NCBI GenBank assembly: GCA_000708835.1
Contig: DF237015.1
Span: forward strand, 124,001-188,000
Length of the DNA stretch: 64,000 nt
Origin: Klebsormidium nitens
Lineage: Eukaryota; Plantae; Klebsormidiophyceae
Direction of reading: 5' to 3'
Shown here: piece after piece, positions 25,152 through 37,600 of the stretch
How positions within the stretch are numbered: the stretch's first letter is position 1
How the letters are laid out: each line of letters starts with the position of its first letter
Program-made: the position numbers and the translations under genes
The notes under the pieces: model-generated
Database searches by the model: none
What the model was told of the DNA's origin: nothing
The model's input: the letters and a program-made list of their open reading frames with translations, nothing else

Positions 25152-25934
25152 GGCTGCATTCAAGTTCCTTTACAAAGTACTGCCAGTGATGCTCTCCTCC
25201 GTTTTCTGCCAGAGTCGAATCTGTCCTGATCTGTGCAGGAGCCCGGGAAATTTCAATTTCAAACCCTAATCTGAGCCCGCCAACTCGGCTTGGGGCGCGC
25301 GGTGCGCAAGGGCTTAGGGTTTCGGGCCCTGCCTACGTGGCTTCGCCACTTCTGTGACCGGCAACATGACCGGTGACAGTGTCACACGGTCGGTCGGTCA
25401 CCTGAACACTTTCGAGGGCTCACACGTGTGAACGCTGGTCGACCGGCGAAATTTGCAACGAGGTGACCGATGACCGATGACCGCCCGTGTGACAACCCCC
25501 TAAGGGGCTATTCGCATGCCACCGCTACCGCTACATTATCGGTACATTGTAGCGGAAAACCGAGAAATTTACCATCGCATGCACCCTTTCCGCTAAAACA
25601 GAATCTTTCGCACGCACGAAATCCCGCTACATTGTAGCGATTCCGCTACATTGTATAACCGGCCATATACATTCTACAGATTGTAGCGGGTTCCGCTAAA
25701 AGCTGCCGTGGCACATCGGACGGCCGCAATGAAACAGCGTTCCTACCCCTCCCGCGCACAAGTGCCGCCAAAACGCCAGCACACTCGCTGCTCCTGAGTC
25801 AGGCTGGCAGGTGACTCGGCTTGGCAGTGCCTGCTTGAAGTAGTCCATTTTGGGCCAGCGTCTTGCTCAGGCACACTACAAGGCACCAAGTTAAAGTGGC
25901 AAGCAAGAATCTGGGTGCAAGCGGCTGCCAGGAC

Positions 25935-28011
25935 ATGGAGTCCGCTGGCGGACGAGACCCGCATTTGTTCAGTCAGCGCGTTGTTGAGTACATCAGCCAT
26001 GAGATGGAGCCGGCTTCCTTTGTCCAAGCACATCCGCTTCGATTGGCAGCTGCCTTGGCAGCCAACGGGGATTTCTGCACGAGAGTTCTCTTTCACCAGA
26101 ACTCCAATATTCCTAACTTGGCAAACCTGCTTGCACAGCTGAAGCCCTTCTTTGCTACTCAACTTTCTTCTCAATCGCTAGAGCTCAGTCCAGAGGCGCT
26201 CTCTCAGGTCCAACTTCAAGGGCAACCTCAGGTGCCAACCACTGGTGCCCAAGCGGAAACCAATCAGGACAATGTGTCAGTCGCTTCCGAAAGCACACGG
26301 ACTCACAATCAGACCCCAGCAAGTTCCGCCGTCCCAGGGACCGCTGCAAAGAAAAGCAGAAAGAACTGGTCAGTATATGAAGGTGAAATGTTGGCTGCTC
26401 AGATGAAGATCCATGAGGATATGCTGCTTGACAAGAGCACAGGCATCAAGTATAGGACAATGAGTGCAACCGAGAAATTTGAGATGATCAGTGCTCGTTT
26501 GCGCTCGCTGGACCCTCCTGTTGACCGCACAGCCAGCCAGATTGAAGACAAGTGGGACAGAATGACGGGTGACTTCAAGAAAGTCTATGATTGGGACAAG
26601 CATCCTCCAAGTGGGAAGCCCACGTACTGGGAGATGGGGCCAGATACGAAGAAGGAGCACAATCTGCCCCCTGCATTCACAAAGGTTCTCTTTGAGAGGT
26701 GAGCAACTGGACTTCGATTGTTGTGTATTTTGACCACATTGTTGATAGATAAGATGCAATTGTTAGTTTCAATTCTTGTAGGACAGCGCAAAGGCAATCT
26801 ACCTGTGCAGTCCATCAACGCCATCTTGTGAGACTGATAAGGACAGAGTCTGTGCTTTCAGCTTGTCAGTCGTCCGCTCAAATTGCATTTTAATCTGCTT
26901 GTTCTTCAGATTGGTTTTGCAAACTTTGATACATCACCTGAACATGGGGGAAATGTCTTAGCTTGAGCTAGATTTGTTCAATACGTGCGTGCTACGAAAT
27001 TGATGTGGCCAGCTTTTGAGCTCCTGGTGGATTCACTTGGTTGAGGATGTTCAATTGCATGACAAAGACTGGCCTTATCTATTTTAATTTGTTCTGTATT
27101 TATAAGTCAAACCTCAGCAGCGATTGTTTCCTACCCAGATTGGGGTGCGCTAGTTCAGACAACTTTCAAAGAGTCTCATAGAAGCAGAAGATGGGAGTCT
27201 GGTAACTTGGATATCGCAGATCTGAAAGTGTTTGATGAGCTTGGGGTTGTAACGGGGTTGCTCTCTCTTTGTATGCAACTTCGAACCAATAGGCCGCTCT
27301 GATATGTCAGAATTGCCGATCAAAATTAACAGGCAACCCTGAATCAAGCCTTCACATCACCCCATTTTTAAGTACGGCATCTCAATTTGTCATCAGGCAT
27401 TCTGAATTCTGGAAAGCCTGCCATAGCAGATCAGATCCATTGAATCCAGGACTGCTCATATCTCGTTTCAAAGAGCTTCTCGAATTGGTTCAACACAGTG
27501 GTTGTTGACAGCTTGGCACTGTAATAAATTTCCAATCGATTGTTCTTGCAGCTTATTGTGGATGAAAGAGAGGGCGAGCGTTGAGCCGCCGGTTGTCCTG
27601 GACACCGCGGCCACACCTGAGCCGGCCACACATGGCCCGGCCACACCGGAAGGCAGCCCCGACTCCAACGATGACGACAGCGCAGTCAGAGATACGACCG
27701 CATACTCACGGAAGGATGCAAATGGGAAAGGGAATGGGAAAGGGAACAAGCGGGACAGAAACGGGGTTGTCTTGAGCGAAACCCTGAGAGCGAATAACGA
27801 GGATACCAACAAGATGCATATGGATTGTGAGAACCTGCGAGATGCTCGACACAGGGAAATGAAAGATTTGAGAGAAAGAGAGCTCAAGCTTGAAGAAGAG
27901 AAATTGAAAGTGGTGGAAAAGAGCAATGAAGTTGCGGCACAAACCGGCAAAGGCCTTGTAGAAGCTCTTCAAGGCTTGGCTAATGCTGTGAACATATTGG
28001 CCAGGAAGTAA
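25935..28011 (+). CDS. Harbinger-associated Myb/trihelix protein of element 2, two exons (25935-26698, 27552-28011)
   Basis: RKNWSVYEGEML...EKFEMISARL...RTASQIEDKWDRMTGDFKKVYDW...YWEM...LPPAF motif. A phase-2 GT-AG intron joins in frame to LLWMKERASVEPPVVLD, followed by a coiled-coil C-terminus. Confidence 0.85.
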
Positions 28012-28485
28012 TGATTCACCATCCTAAAAAGATTTTTGCCCGCTTATTGTGGACCAATCGATTTGAAAAAACTTGCGATCATGATGTCCGCACTGCATGC
28101 CACGTGCCACATCATCAGTGCATGAGCTTATGCATACACTACAACATGGTTCGGCTGCCATCTCAAACTGCAATGATCTTGATCATTTGCTCGAACACAA
28201 GATGCAGAGTCTTGTCTCTTGATGCTTATACTATCGGGCACGACATTGATGCTTTGCGCAGAGTCGCATATGGGTAATCCACTTTTCCATTATTCACAGA
28301 GGAAGTATGGCTTGCACACTGTGTCTAGAACATGATGATAAAAGAAGAATTGAAGAAGATAGAGAGCAGAGCACTCAAAAAGCTTGGCGCTCTGTTCATA
28401 TGATGAAACTTCGAGCAGAACCAAGATGCATTCTTTATCAATATATAAAGAATATATCAATAAAGATATATTTTCTATGTATTCT

Positions 28486-29739
28486 CTATTGATCTCTCTC
28501 AAACAAGTATTCCGCAATAGCCTTTCTGATGTCATCGCTACGTTCGTAGTTACTGACCCCCGTGGGCAATCCTGGATTGCTTCCCAAAGTACCGAGTCCA
28601 AAGTGGATATCTGGACCTCTCAGCGCACGATCCATCACATCCCCTCGCTCAATTCTGAGATTGTGTAGCACACAGCATGCTAGTACATACGTTGGCAACC
28701 TGTCAATCTTTGGGTTCTGGATTTTCGTAAGGAGAAATCGTTGAACCCCCTTCAATTCTCCGTTCAATTGCTCGATGCACATGCGAGTGCTAGAGTGCTT
28801 AAAATTAAAGGACGCTTGGACAGGGTTCAAATTGTGACCTGGGAAGGGCGTCAAGAGCCACGGAAGCATAGGGTAACCGGCATCAGCTACCAGCATCTGA
28901 GGGACCTCAATACCATTTACATTGACTAATGGGCCCCCAAGGTGCCCTTGAATATCTCTAGCAACTTCGGAGTTCAACCAGACACGAGTGTCATGAACTG
29001 ATCCGGGGTAGCCCACGTTCACTTGCAATATCCGCCGTTTTTGCTGCATCCAACAAATGGATACAAATGAATCTCGTTACGAAATTGAAGTTGGTTTCAA
29101 GGAATGCAACCGGGCAGAGTATTGCTGATCCTGAATCTGTCGTGCACTTAGCGACTTCAACAAAGACAGACGAAGACATGCTATCACAATGACCATATCG
29201 TTACTTAGTTGACTAAGAAATCATGTGAATTACGATGAGCACTGAAAAACAATCAATCTCTTTTCAGGGAACAACGAAGCAGAAAGGCAGAATGCTTAGG
29301 AAGCTAGGACTGAGCAAGGTTCAGATTTGTCTCAGAGAAGAATAGAATCTGGAAGAAGCTATCTCAAAGGCAAGCTGGTTATTAAAGCAACTTACCCAGG
29401 CTTAATGAGCAGTGATGAAGTCATACAATCTGTACAAGCTAACAATGAACCATAAGGCTTTGTATGAACCACTTACGTCTCCCACCAATTGCACAACTGT
29501 GCTGTAATTGTGATCCCGGTCATAGAAGCAGGTGGCCGGATACCCGGCAGGAAGATCGTGAACTATGTGGGTGCAGTCGATTGCTCCCACACAATTGGGC
29601 AGCCCATGAACAGCCTGCATGCTTGCAATAGCTGCTACACGTTCGGCACCTTCTGCTGGCCACTTGATAGTTCGGGGTCGTTCTACCGCTACTATAGCTT
29701 GACAAACCCTCCAAAGAACGTCGCTGACCGTGCTTTCTC
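28486..29739 (-). CDS. Harbinger transposase of element 2 (exons 29477-29739+ and 28486-29043; 5' part lost in the N-gap)
   Basis: CVGAIDCTHI...YDRDHNYSTVVQLVGD|QKRRILQVNVGYPGSVHD...LVADAGYP...FNFKHSSTRMCIEQLNGELK...ACCVLHNL. The DDE triad is present and the intron is phase 0. Confidence 0.92.
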
Positions 29740-32700
29740 NNNNNNNNNNNNNNNNNNNNNNNNNNNNNNNNNNNNNNNNNNNNNNNNNNNNNNNNNNNNN
29801 NNNNNNNNNNNNNNNNNNNNNNNNNNNNNNNNNNNNNNNNNNNNNNNNNNNNNNNNNNNNNNNNNNNNNNNNNNNNNNNNNNNNNNNNNNNNNNNNNNNN
29901 NNNNNNNNNNNNNNNNNNNNNNNNNNNNNNNNNNNNNNNNNNNNNNNNNNNNNNNNNNNNNNNNNNNNNNNNNNNNNNNNNNNNNNNNNNNNNNNNNNNN
30001 NNNNNNNNNNNNNNNNNNNNNNNNNNNNNNNNNNNNNNNNNNNNNNNNNNNNNNNNNNNNNNNNNNNNNNNNNNNNNNNNNNNNNNNNNNNNNNNNNNNN
30101 NNNNNNNNNNNNNNNNNNNNNNNNNNNNNNNNNNNNNNNNNNNNNNNNNNNNNNNNNNNNNNNNNNNNNNNNNNNNNNNNNNNNNNNNNNNNNNNNNNNN
30201 NNNNNNNNNNNNNNNNNNNNNNNNNNNNNNNNNNNNNNNNNNNNNNNNNNNNNNNNNNNNNNNNNNNNNNNNNNNNNNNNNNNNNNNNNNNNNNNNNNNN
30301 NNNNNNNNNNNNNNNNNNNNNNNNNNNNNNNNNNNNNNNNNNNNNNNNNNNNNNNNNNNNNNNNNNNNNNNNNNNNNNNNNNNNNNNNNNNNNNNNNNNN
30401 NNNNNNNNNNNNNNNNNNNNNNNNNNNNNNNNNNNNNNNNNNNNNNNNNNNNNNNNNNNNNNNNNNNNNNNNNNNNNNNNNNNNNNNNNNNNNNNNNNNN
30501 NNNNNNNNNNNNNNNNNNNNNNNNNNNNNNNNNNNNNNNNNNNNNNNNNNNNNNNNNNNNNNNNNNNNNNNNNNNNNNNNNNNNNNGAATTTAGAGCCAC
30601 GTGGTTCCGCTAAAAGCCCGTTAAAATTTTAGCGGAACGGTGGCATGCGAATAGCAAACTTTCATCTTTGCTAGCAATGTTGAATGTCGCATTTCAGCAA
30701 GCAACGCTTTCACCTGAACGCTGATGCTAGCCGCCGCGCAATGCGAGGTATTACTGGACGGACAGATGCAGTGAACCAATGATGTCATATGTCGTGCATA
30801 CGCGTCTTGAAACCTGGTCAATTCGACCAAGTTAAACCGGCGCCGCCGGAGAGTAGAGAAAGAGCCGTCCGATGAAACAAAGTATAGTGATCGACGGTGG
30901 CCACTTTCATGTTACCATGGTTCTGAAGTGGTCCGGTTTGGCGAACCTAGCTTATAATGTGAGTAACAGATTCCAGAACGCAACCTCCAATCATTGTGTC
31001 GACATCCAGGACGGTCGGCATTCACTTCCGTCCTGCAGCCTGCTGCCCGGCGCCCAGTACCGAGCTTGCTGTGCTCTGAGCTGGTCAGCTGGACGGTGGA
31101 CCTGTACGAGGCCTCATGTAGTAGCCACGAAGCAGCGACCACTGAAGCTGATCCTTGCCCAAGCAATGATACACGTTTACACATTTCGTTGTTATGCATG
31201 ATGCATGATGCACTATCAACCCGCCTGTCGATATCAAAGGAGACCGCGCTCCGAAATGGAGCTAAGAATCGGCTAGGAGAAATGGCCATTGGTCTGAATT
31301 ATCATCTCTGATGGGAGGAACGGTTTACTGAAAAGTATGGGTGGTCCATAGCATTGGATCAGGAAATGATCAGGGGCGGCCCTTTATTGCGGACATCCAA
31401 TTTGGCACTTCTTTCGAAGAGCCGCAAGCCCTTCTTAGGATCAAAATCTGTAAGGTCTAGCTTATGCAAATGGTAGAGTATCTCCAAGCAGCTTGTCAAC
31501 TTGGAGAAAATTGTCCGTACAGTCCGATTTCAATTCCCTTTCAAGAGAAATATGTCTACTTGCAAATGCATTTTGTCTAATTATATGATGATTTTCTTTG
31601 GTCTCACTTTCCAAGGGCTGTCAGATCCTATTTGAGTCCAGGCGCCATGGGCTTCTCCTACGTACAATCCTATAAGCTTCTGCGGCACTATTCTGCCAGA
31701 TGCAGATACCGCAATTGATTGGTTTGAAGTTGACGGATCGTACGCTTAAATCAGAATTTGTGCATGATTTCTTGGTCGACAGATGAGCCCTTCCAGCTTA
31801 TGGACGAAGTGCGGCTTGAGCTGATATTCAGTCTTCTGATGTGCTGACGTATCTTTATGCGATGGTGACAATGTGAACCTTCGAGCCTGTTTTTGCCTGT
31901 AAGTGGCAATACCTTACGCGGTACTCAATCTACGGTCCGAGCAGAAAGGCTTGTGCACAAGGCGAGGAAGCCTTGAGCTCTATTTACCATGCAAGAACGT
32001 CATCACGCAATTTGGCCCGAAGGTCCAGGATAAGGGCTAAGATCGTGCCAGCGGCACTAACGCCAGAAACCGAACGCCCAGGAAACCAGACCGCAGTATC
32101 GAAAATGCGCGGTGCATTTGGATAAGGGAACTTGAAGTTCATAATGTTGCGATGCTGTTCAACGGATTGTGCGATTGGCCCTTAAAGACTGAACGCGGTC
32201 ACTATGCACGCCATGATGCCACCTTGGAGTCGCCTTGATCAACAGTTACCAAACCAGCAATTACCAGACGGTGGCTTATCGCCGCAGTACTACGAACACG
32301 TACAATCCCCCTCAGCCCGTCCGATGCTCAAATCTATCTCTGGGCCGCAACCTCTGTCTGCTATACCGGGATTTGCAATGCGTGTGGTCAATGATAAGCG
32401 ACGGCATTAGGCAAAATATATGGAAAACATTCTGCCCAACGTCTGTTGTTGGTAATCTTCATATCCGCAACTAGGGGGCTTCACCCTGGCTGATTATCTT
32501 GTGCAGCGACTTGACTGTGGGTATTGGTCTGTCCGGACGCCAGAGCAAAGGTCTCCAGTGGACCAGTTGGGTTCCGCCAACATTCGCTATGCGGAACCTC
32601 TTAGAGTGGAATCGACCAGCCCTTGTCCGCCAGCAAGCCTGGTTGAGAAGCAACTTGACAGCTTTCGGCCATCTTGCCGCAACGAAAACAAAACCTCAGC

Positions 32701-34680
32701 GGATCTTCAACGGAACGAGTGGCATCCCTAGTGCAAGCTTTCCCAACAGTTTCGGCACCGCACTCCAGCAGGAGATAGCTGGGGCTCGTGCAGTGTTTGC
32801 AGAATTCGATGAAGGAGAAGGCAGCAACGGAACCGCGGCGGAACGGCGGAGCCAAGCAGCGGAGAAGTGAGCAGGGGTCACTGCTTCCGCCCAATGCCAC
32901 GGGGGTCAAACAGAAAGATCCCCCGCTAGAGGTGAGTAGAGGTTGACGTCGAGCCGGGGGGCGACAAAAGAGGCGGAAGGCCTAGGCGGCAAGGATTTTG
33001 ATGATGAAGGCATGAGGAACAGTTTGGGGCGGACGTTTTCGACGTGGAAAGCNNNNNNNNNNNNNNNNNNNNNNNNNNNNNNNNNNNNNNNNNNNNNNNN
33101 NNNNNNNNNNNNNNNNNNNNNNNNNNNNNNNNNNNNNNNNNNNNNNNNNNNNNNNNNNNNNNNNNNNNNNNNNNNNNNNNNNNNNNNNNNNNNNNNNNNN
33201 NNNNNNNNNNNNNNNNNNNNNNNNNNNNNNNNNNNNNNNNNNNNNNNNNNNNNNNNNNNNNNNNNNNNNNNNNNNNNNNNNNNNNNNNNNNNNNNNNNNN
33301 NNNNNNNNNNNNNNNNNNNNNNNNNNNNNNNNNNNNNNNNNNNNNNNNNNNNNNNNNNNNNNNNNNNNNNNNNNNNNNNNNNNNNNNNNNNNNNNNNNNN
33401 NNNNNNNNNNNNNNNNNNNNNNNNNNNNNNNNNNNNNNNNNNNNNNNNNNNNNNNNNNNNNNNNNNNNNNNNNNNNNNNNNNNNNNNNNNNNNNNNNNNN
33501 NNNNNNNNNNNNNNNNNNNNNNNNNNNNNNNNNNNNNNNNNNNNNNNNNNNNNNNNNNNNNNNNNNNNNNNNNNNNNNNNNNNNNNNNNNNNNNNNNNNN
33601 NNNNNNNNNNNNNNNNNNNNNNNNNNNNNNNNNNNNNNNNNNNNNNNNNNNNNNNNNNNNNNNNNNNNNNNNNNNNNNATGTCGGTTTCGTCGAACGGTG
33701 AGGCATTCGACGTGAAGACGCCTTCGAGATGTTTTCATGTGATGTCCTTTCGATTGCTCGGCCCCTCTCCAAACAAGGCTCTTCGTACCGGCTTCAAACA
33801 ACGTCAGTAGAACTGTGTCACCGGCCTTCTGCTGGAGCATCAGCAAAGCGCTCGCACTTATAATTTTAAGAGCAGTGCCCAGTTACTTAGGTCAGCACGA
33901 CGTGAAAGAACTGAATCGCAACAGGCAGAGTAGAAACTCAAAGCTTCGTTCAAGGTCGAACATTAGGTAACGGCTGCTTCTTGGTAGCTTAGTGCCCAAC
34001 ATTCGGGATTCCGTACAAGCTCCTGTCAGCACAGTCTGCCACCCGCGGTGCGTGGGGCCGCGGCCGCGCGCGCACCTCTAGGTGCCGCACGCGGACCACC
34101 ATTTGAGCGAGCACTCCATGCATTTGGACTGACGAAGCATTTCGGAGCATAGGAAACAAACCCTAGACCAGGATCGGCGAGTCGCACGCACACCTTCGCA
34201 ATTCGCACACTTGACGGAATCCTGACGTCTGCAGTATGAGACCCTCTGCAACTTTGCGCCCGAGACGCCTCCCGTCCTCGCGGCACTGGTGTGCTGAACC
34301 CTGACCCAGCGCTGCGGCGGTCAGAACAACCTTTGCAGGAACTTGACAAAGCCCCTTGATTGGAGCGGTTGGGCAAAGTGACGGAGCGCTTCGTTCCCTC
34401 ACAATCAACGTGGAAGAAGAGCTGGATATGTTGACCTGTCATTCTCGTGTATAGGCTGATCTATGAATGTAGCTTACTTTTCGGTTTCACTCAATCAGCA
34501 CAAACACCAAACTTTCTCCTTCATTTGTCCACCCATGTGATGGCGGTAAGAGAATCTGCTACAGCATTACAAGAATAGATCTTCTAGGGCTCTGCTATTT
34601 TCCAATTCCTTAAGTTTCTCAGTACCAGAGGCTCTTAAGGGCACCGGCCGTAACCCACTCAACAGACATCAAAGAAGTCA

Positions 34681-37600
34681 ATGGAGAGTCCACCAGAACG
34701 AGAGGAGGGAGACGCGATTACGCAGGACGATGCATGGAGTGTGGCCAGCGCCTACGTTGCAGAGAACGGCTTGGCTCGGCACCAGCTGGATTCCTTCGAG
34801 GAATTCGTCCAGTCAGCAATGCAAGAGATCGTTGACGAAGCGCCTGAGATCGAAATCCAAGAGGGGCCGCAGGAAGGTGGTCAGCAGGCAAGCCACTTGA
34901 AGGGTTCGTTGACTGGATTTTTGACCCAGGTCAGAATGGGAGAAGAATGACTTGATCAACGGATCAAGGAGAAAAAGGAGAGCAGATATCCAAAAAGAAG
35001 GAAACGGAGCTGAGATAGGGCAGAAAATAAGCGGTGGCTGTCGTGATCTTTCAGATCAGATTGAAAAACCTGGAGCTAGCTTTCCAAGTTTCCTTGAAGA
35101 CCCGTCGAAACTATTATCCAGATCTCACACGCTATCCAGCTGGAGGATCCATTTAGGCTTGGTGTCAAATCATCTTCGCTATCTTGAAGTTGAGCTAAGG
35201 CAGAACCTCGAATTGTGTTAGGCGTACCTCTGACACCTAAAAGCACATAAGTCCGAAACTCCAAAGCCCCATTCGTTGATTATACCCCCCTGCAGGTCAG
35301 CCACATAATCAAATTTGGGCAGGTCTACCTGAGCAAGCCCTCCACGAAGGAGGCCGATGGCGAAACCCTAGGCCTCTCCCCGAAGGAAGCCCGGCTACGC
35401 AACCGGACCTACGCGGGCGCGCTGTACGCGGACGCAAAGCGGACGTCCGTACGAGTGGGCTCCTCCAGAGAGGAGCCGGTGGACACGGAGATTTACGAGA
35501 AGGTTTTCCTTGGAAAGGTGCGCTGTTCATGGAATCATGCTTGATTTATCTTCGAGGTCGTCAGCTTGGCTTTTTACCAGAGATGGGCTTCTTTGCGAGG
35601 AGGGTCGAATCGCCGAGGCGCCCCATATGACGCGGGAACGGGCAGATCTTGCTTCATTACGAGCCGAGGTAGCCGTTTGGGCAGCCTGTGTTTATGTGTT
35701 CAAGAATCTCTGGAATCTTTCAGACCGGTTCAGCTAGTTCTGACTTCGATCTGCAAAGGTCGGCGCGGGCGGATCTGGACTGCCGGTATCATCTTTGATT
35801 CGATACCGTATTCTTCAGGACCATTAAACTACGTCTGCCATTGCATCTTCAACCGGTCCGAATCATGCTTAGATTGACACTAGTTCGAATAAATCCAAAC
35901 GCAAAGCCGCCTGTTCCTGCCATTCTCCAGCTGCCCATCATGGTGCGCTCCAGCTTCTGCGCGCTCTCCGGATTGTCCGACGCGCAGCGCGCGCGCGCCG
36001 GCGACTGTCCCTACGATCCGGGGGGCTACTACATCATCAACGGCGCAGAAAAGGTGCTCATTGCACAAGAGCGAATGAGCAACGGCCACGTGTACGTTTA
36101 CAAGAAGTCTCCGTATGCATACGTGGCAGAGGTGCGGTCGCAGGCGGACGGTGCGTACCGGGAAGCCAGCAGTCTGTATGTGCGGATGCTTTCGGGAAGC
36201 GCGAAAGGGGCGACTGGGAAGCCGATACGATGCAAGCTTCCCTCCATAAAGTAAGACGTCCTTTCTTTGGTGGAAACAAATCGAGAAAGATATTACTTGA
36301 CATCTTGTTCAAGGTTTTCTTCATACCTTCATGACGATCTTGACCTCCGACGAATCCTCTTCCTTGTTCGACAACCCGTGTCTCGAAAAGCCGCGGTTGG
36401 AATGCCTTCATAATATCTGTTCACGCCCGTGATTCAAGCTGACCAAAAAACTTGGACACACACTTTCAACGAAGTTTGCACTTTCGGAAAGAGCACCTTG
36501 TTCAATTCTGTCCTTCGACGGCTTCCTGGTATGAAAACCTTGGCTTACGCACAGTCCCTGATGCAGGGGTGACGTCCCCATTGTTCCGTTGTTCTTCGCT
36601 CTGGGCGTCACAGCGGAAGAGCACATCTTGGAGCGGATCTGCTACAATCTGGAGGACCGCGAGATGCTGGAGCTCCTGCGGCCGTCGCTGGAGGAGGCAG
36701 CTGACGTGTCCAGCCAAGAGGTATGTGCACGAAACCCTTTTAGACTTTGAAGTTTTTCGCGTTTGGGATCCCGTTCTGCGACTTTCTATAAACGGGGCTT
36801 TCAAAGCGATTGCACGAAAAAAATCAGATGCGGCCCTGGCAATCTGGGTTGCCGCGTCACCAGTTTCTTGATGGGCGGCGTCAATGGATTCTGTTAATCG
36901 CTCACATGTTTGTATCCACTTGCGTGGTTTAGAAATCACTTTCTCTCCTCTGATGACAGGAGCTATCGGCTACAGCCTATAGTCCTGCATCAGGTCTTTT
37001 GGGATTTGTCTTCGCCGCTCGTTCCATCGACGTCAACCCCAGGTATCTCGAACTCTCCTGAGAGATTTCTCGTGCTGACGTTTGCATCTCTCTTTCTTCA
37101 TAAAACCTCCTCCCGATGTCGTGTAACCCTCCGCGCAGGCCGCGCTCGATTACATCGGCGGCAAAGCCGCTTCTCACCTCAACGGAGACACGCCGCGCGC
37201 GCGCGCGCGCGAGCTTCTGCAGACGCACCTTCTGCCGCACGTGGGCACCGAGGACACTCAATCGTGCGCGACTAACAAGGCGTACTTCCTGGGTTACGTC
37301 ATCCACCGTCTGCTGACGTGTGCGCTGGGCCGGCGGGCAGAGGACGACAGGGAGCACTACGGGAGCAAACGGCTGTACCTGGCGGCGCCGCTGATGGGGG
37401 GGCTCTTCTGCGCGGTAAAACATCCCCCTGTTTCAGAAAAATTGCTGTTCTCTTAAGTCCGGGCTTGCTGGAAATATGGATCCGTGATGAGTTGGCCATC
37501 ACACTCTTCGTCATAAGTTGTCGTGGTTTTTGGGGTCATTTTGAAACCAATTGATGCGACGGTGCTTATTGATCTTGACTTTGCATATCTACGAATTGAA

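Larger units (their letters stand above)
20491..25500. mobile_element. PIF/Harbinger DNA transposon 1 (~5.0 kb) with TIRs and TAA target-site duplication
   Basis: Left end GGGGGTTGTCACACGGGCGGTCA at 20491. Its exact reverse complement ends at 25500, and similarity extends to ~39 bp. TAA lies at 20488-20490 and 25501-25503. The element encodes convergent Myb-like and DDE genes, and both ends have TGACCG/CGGTCA subterminal repeats. Confidence 0.95.
25504..30655. mobile_element. PIF/Harbinger DNA transposon 2 (~5.1 kb), directly abutting element 1
   Basis: 18-bp inverted repeat: GCTATTCGCATGCCACCG (25507-25524) and CGGTGGCATGCGAATAGC (30638-30655). CCGCTA subterminal repeats at both ends. Contains a convergent Myb gene and DDE transposase. 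The terminal 3 bp and right TSD do not match (AAA instead of CCC, no TAA). Confidence 0.8.
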
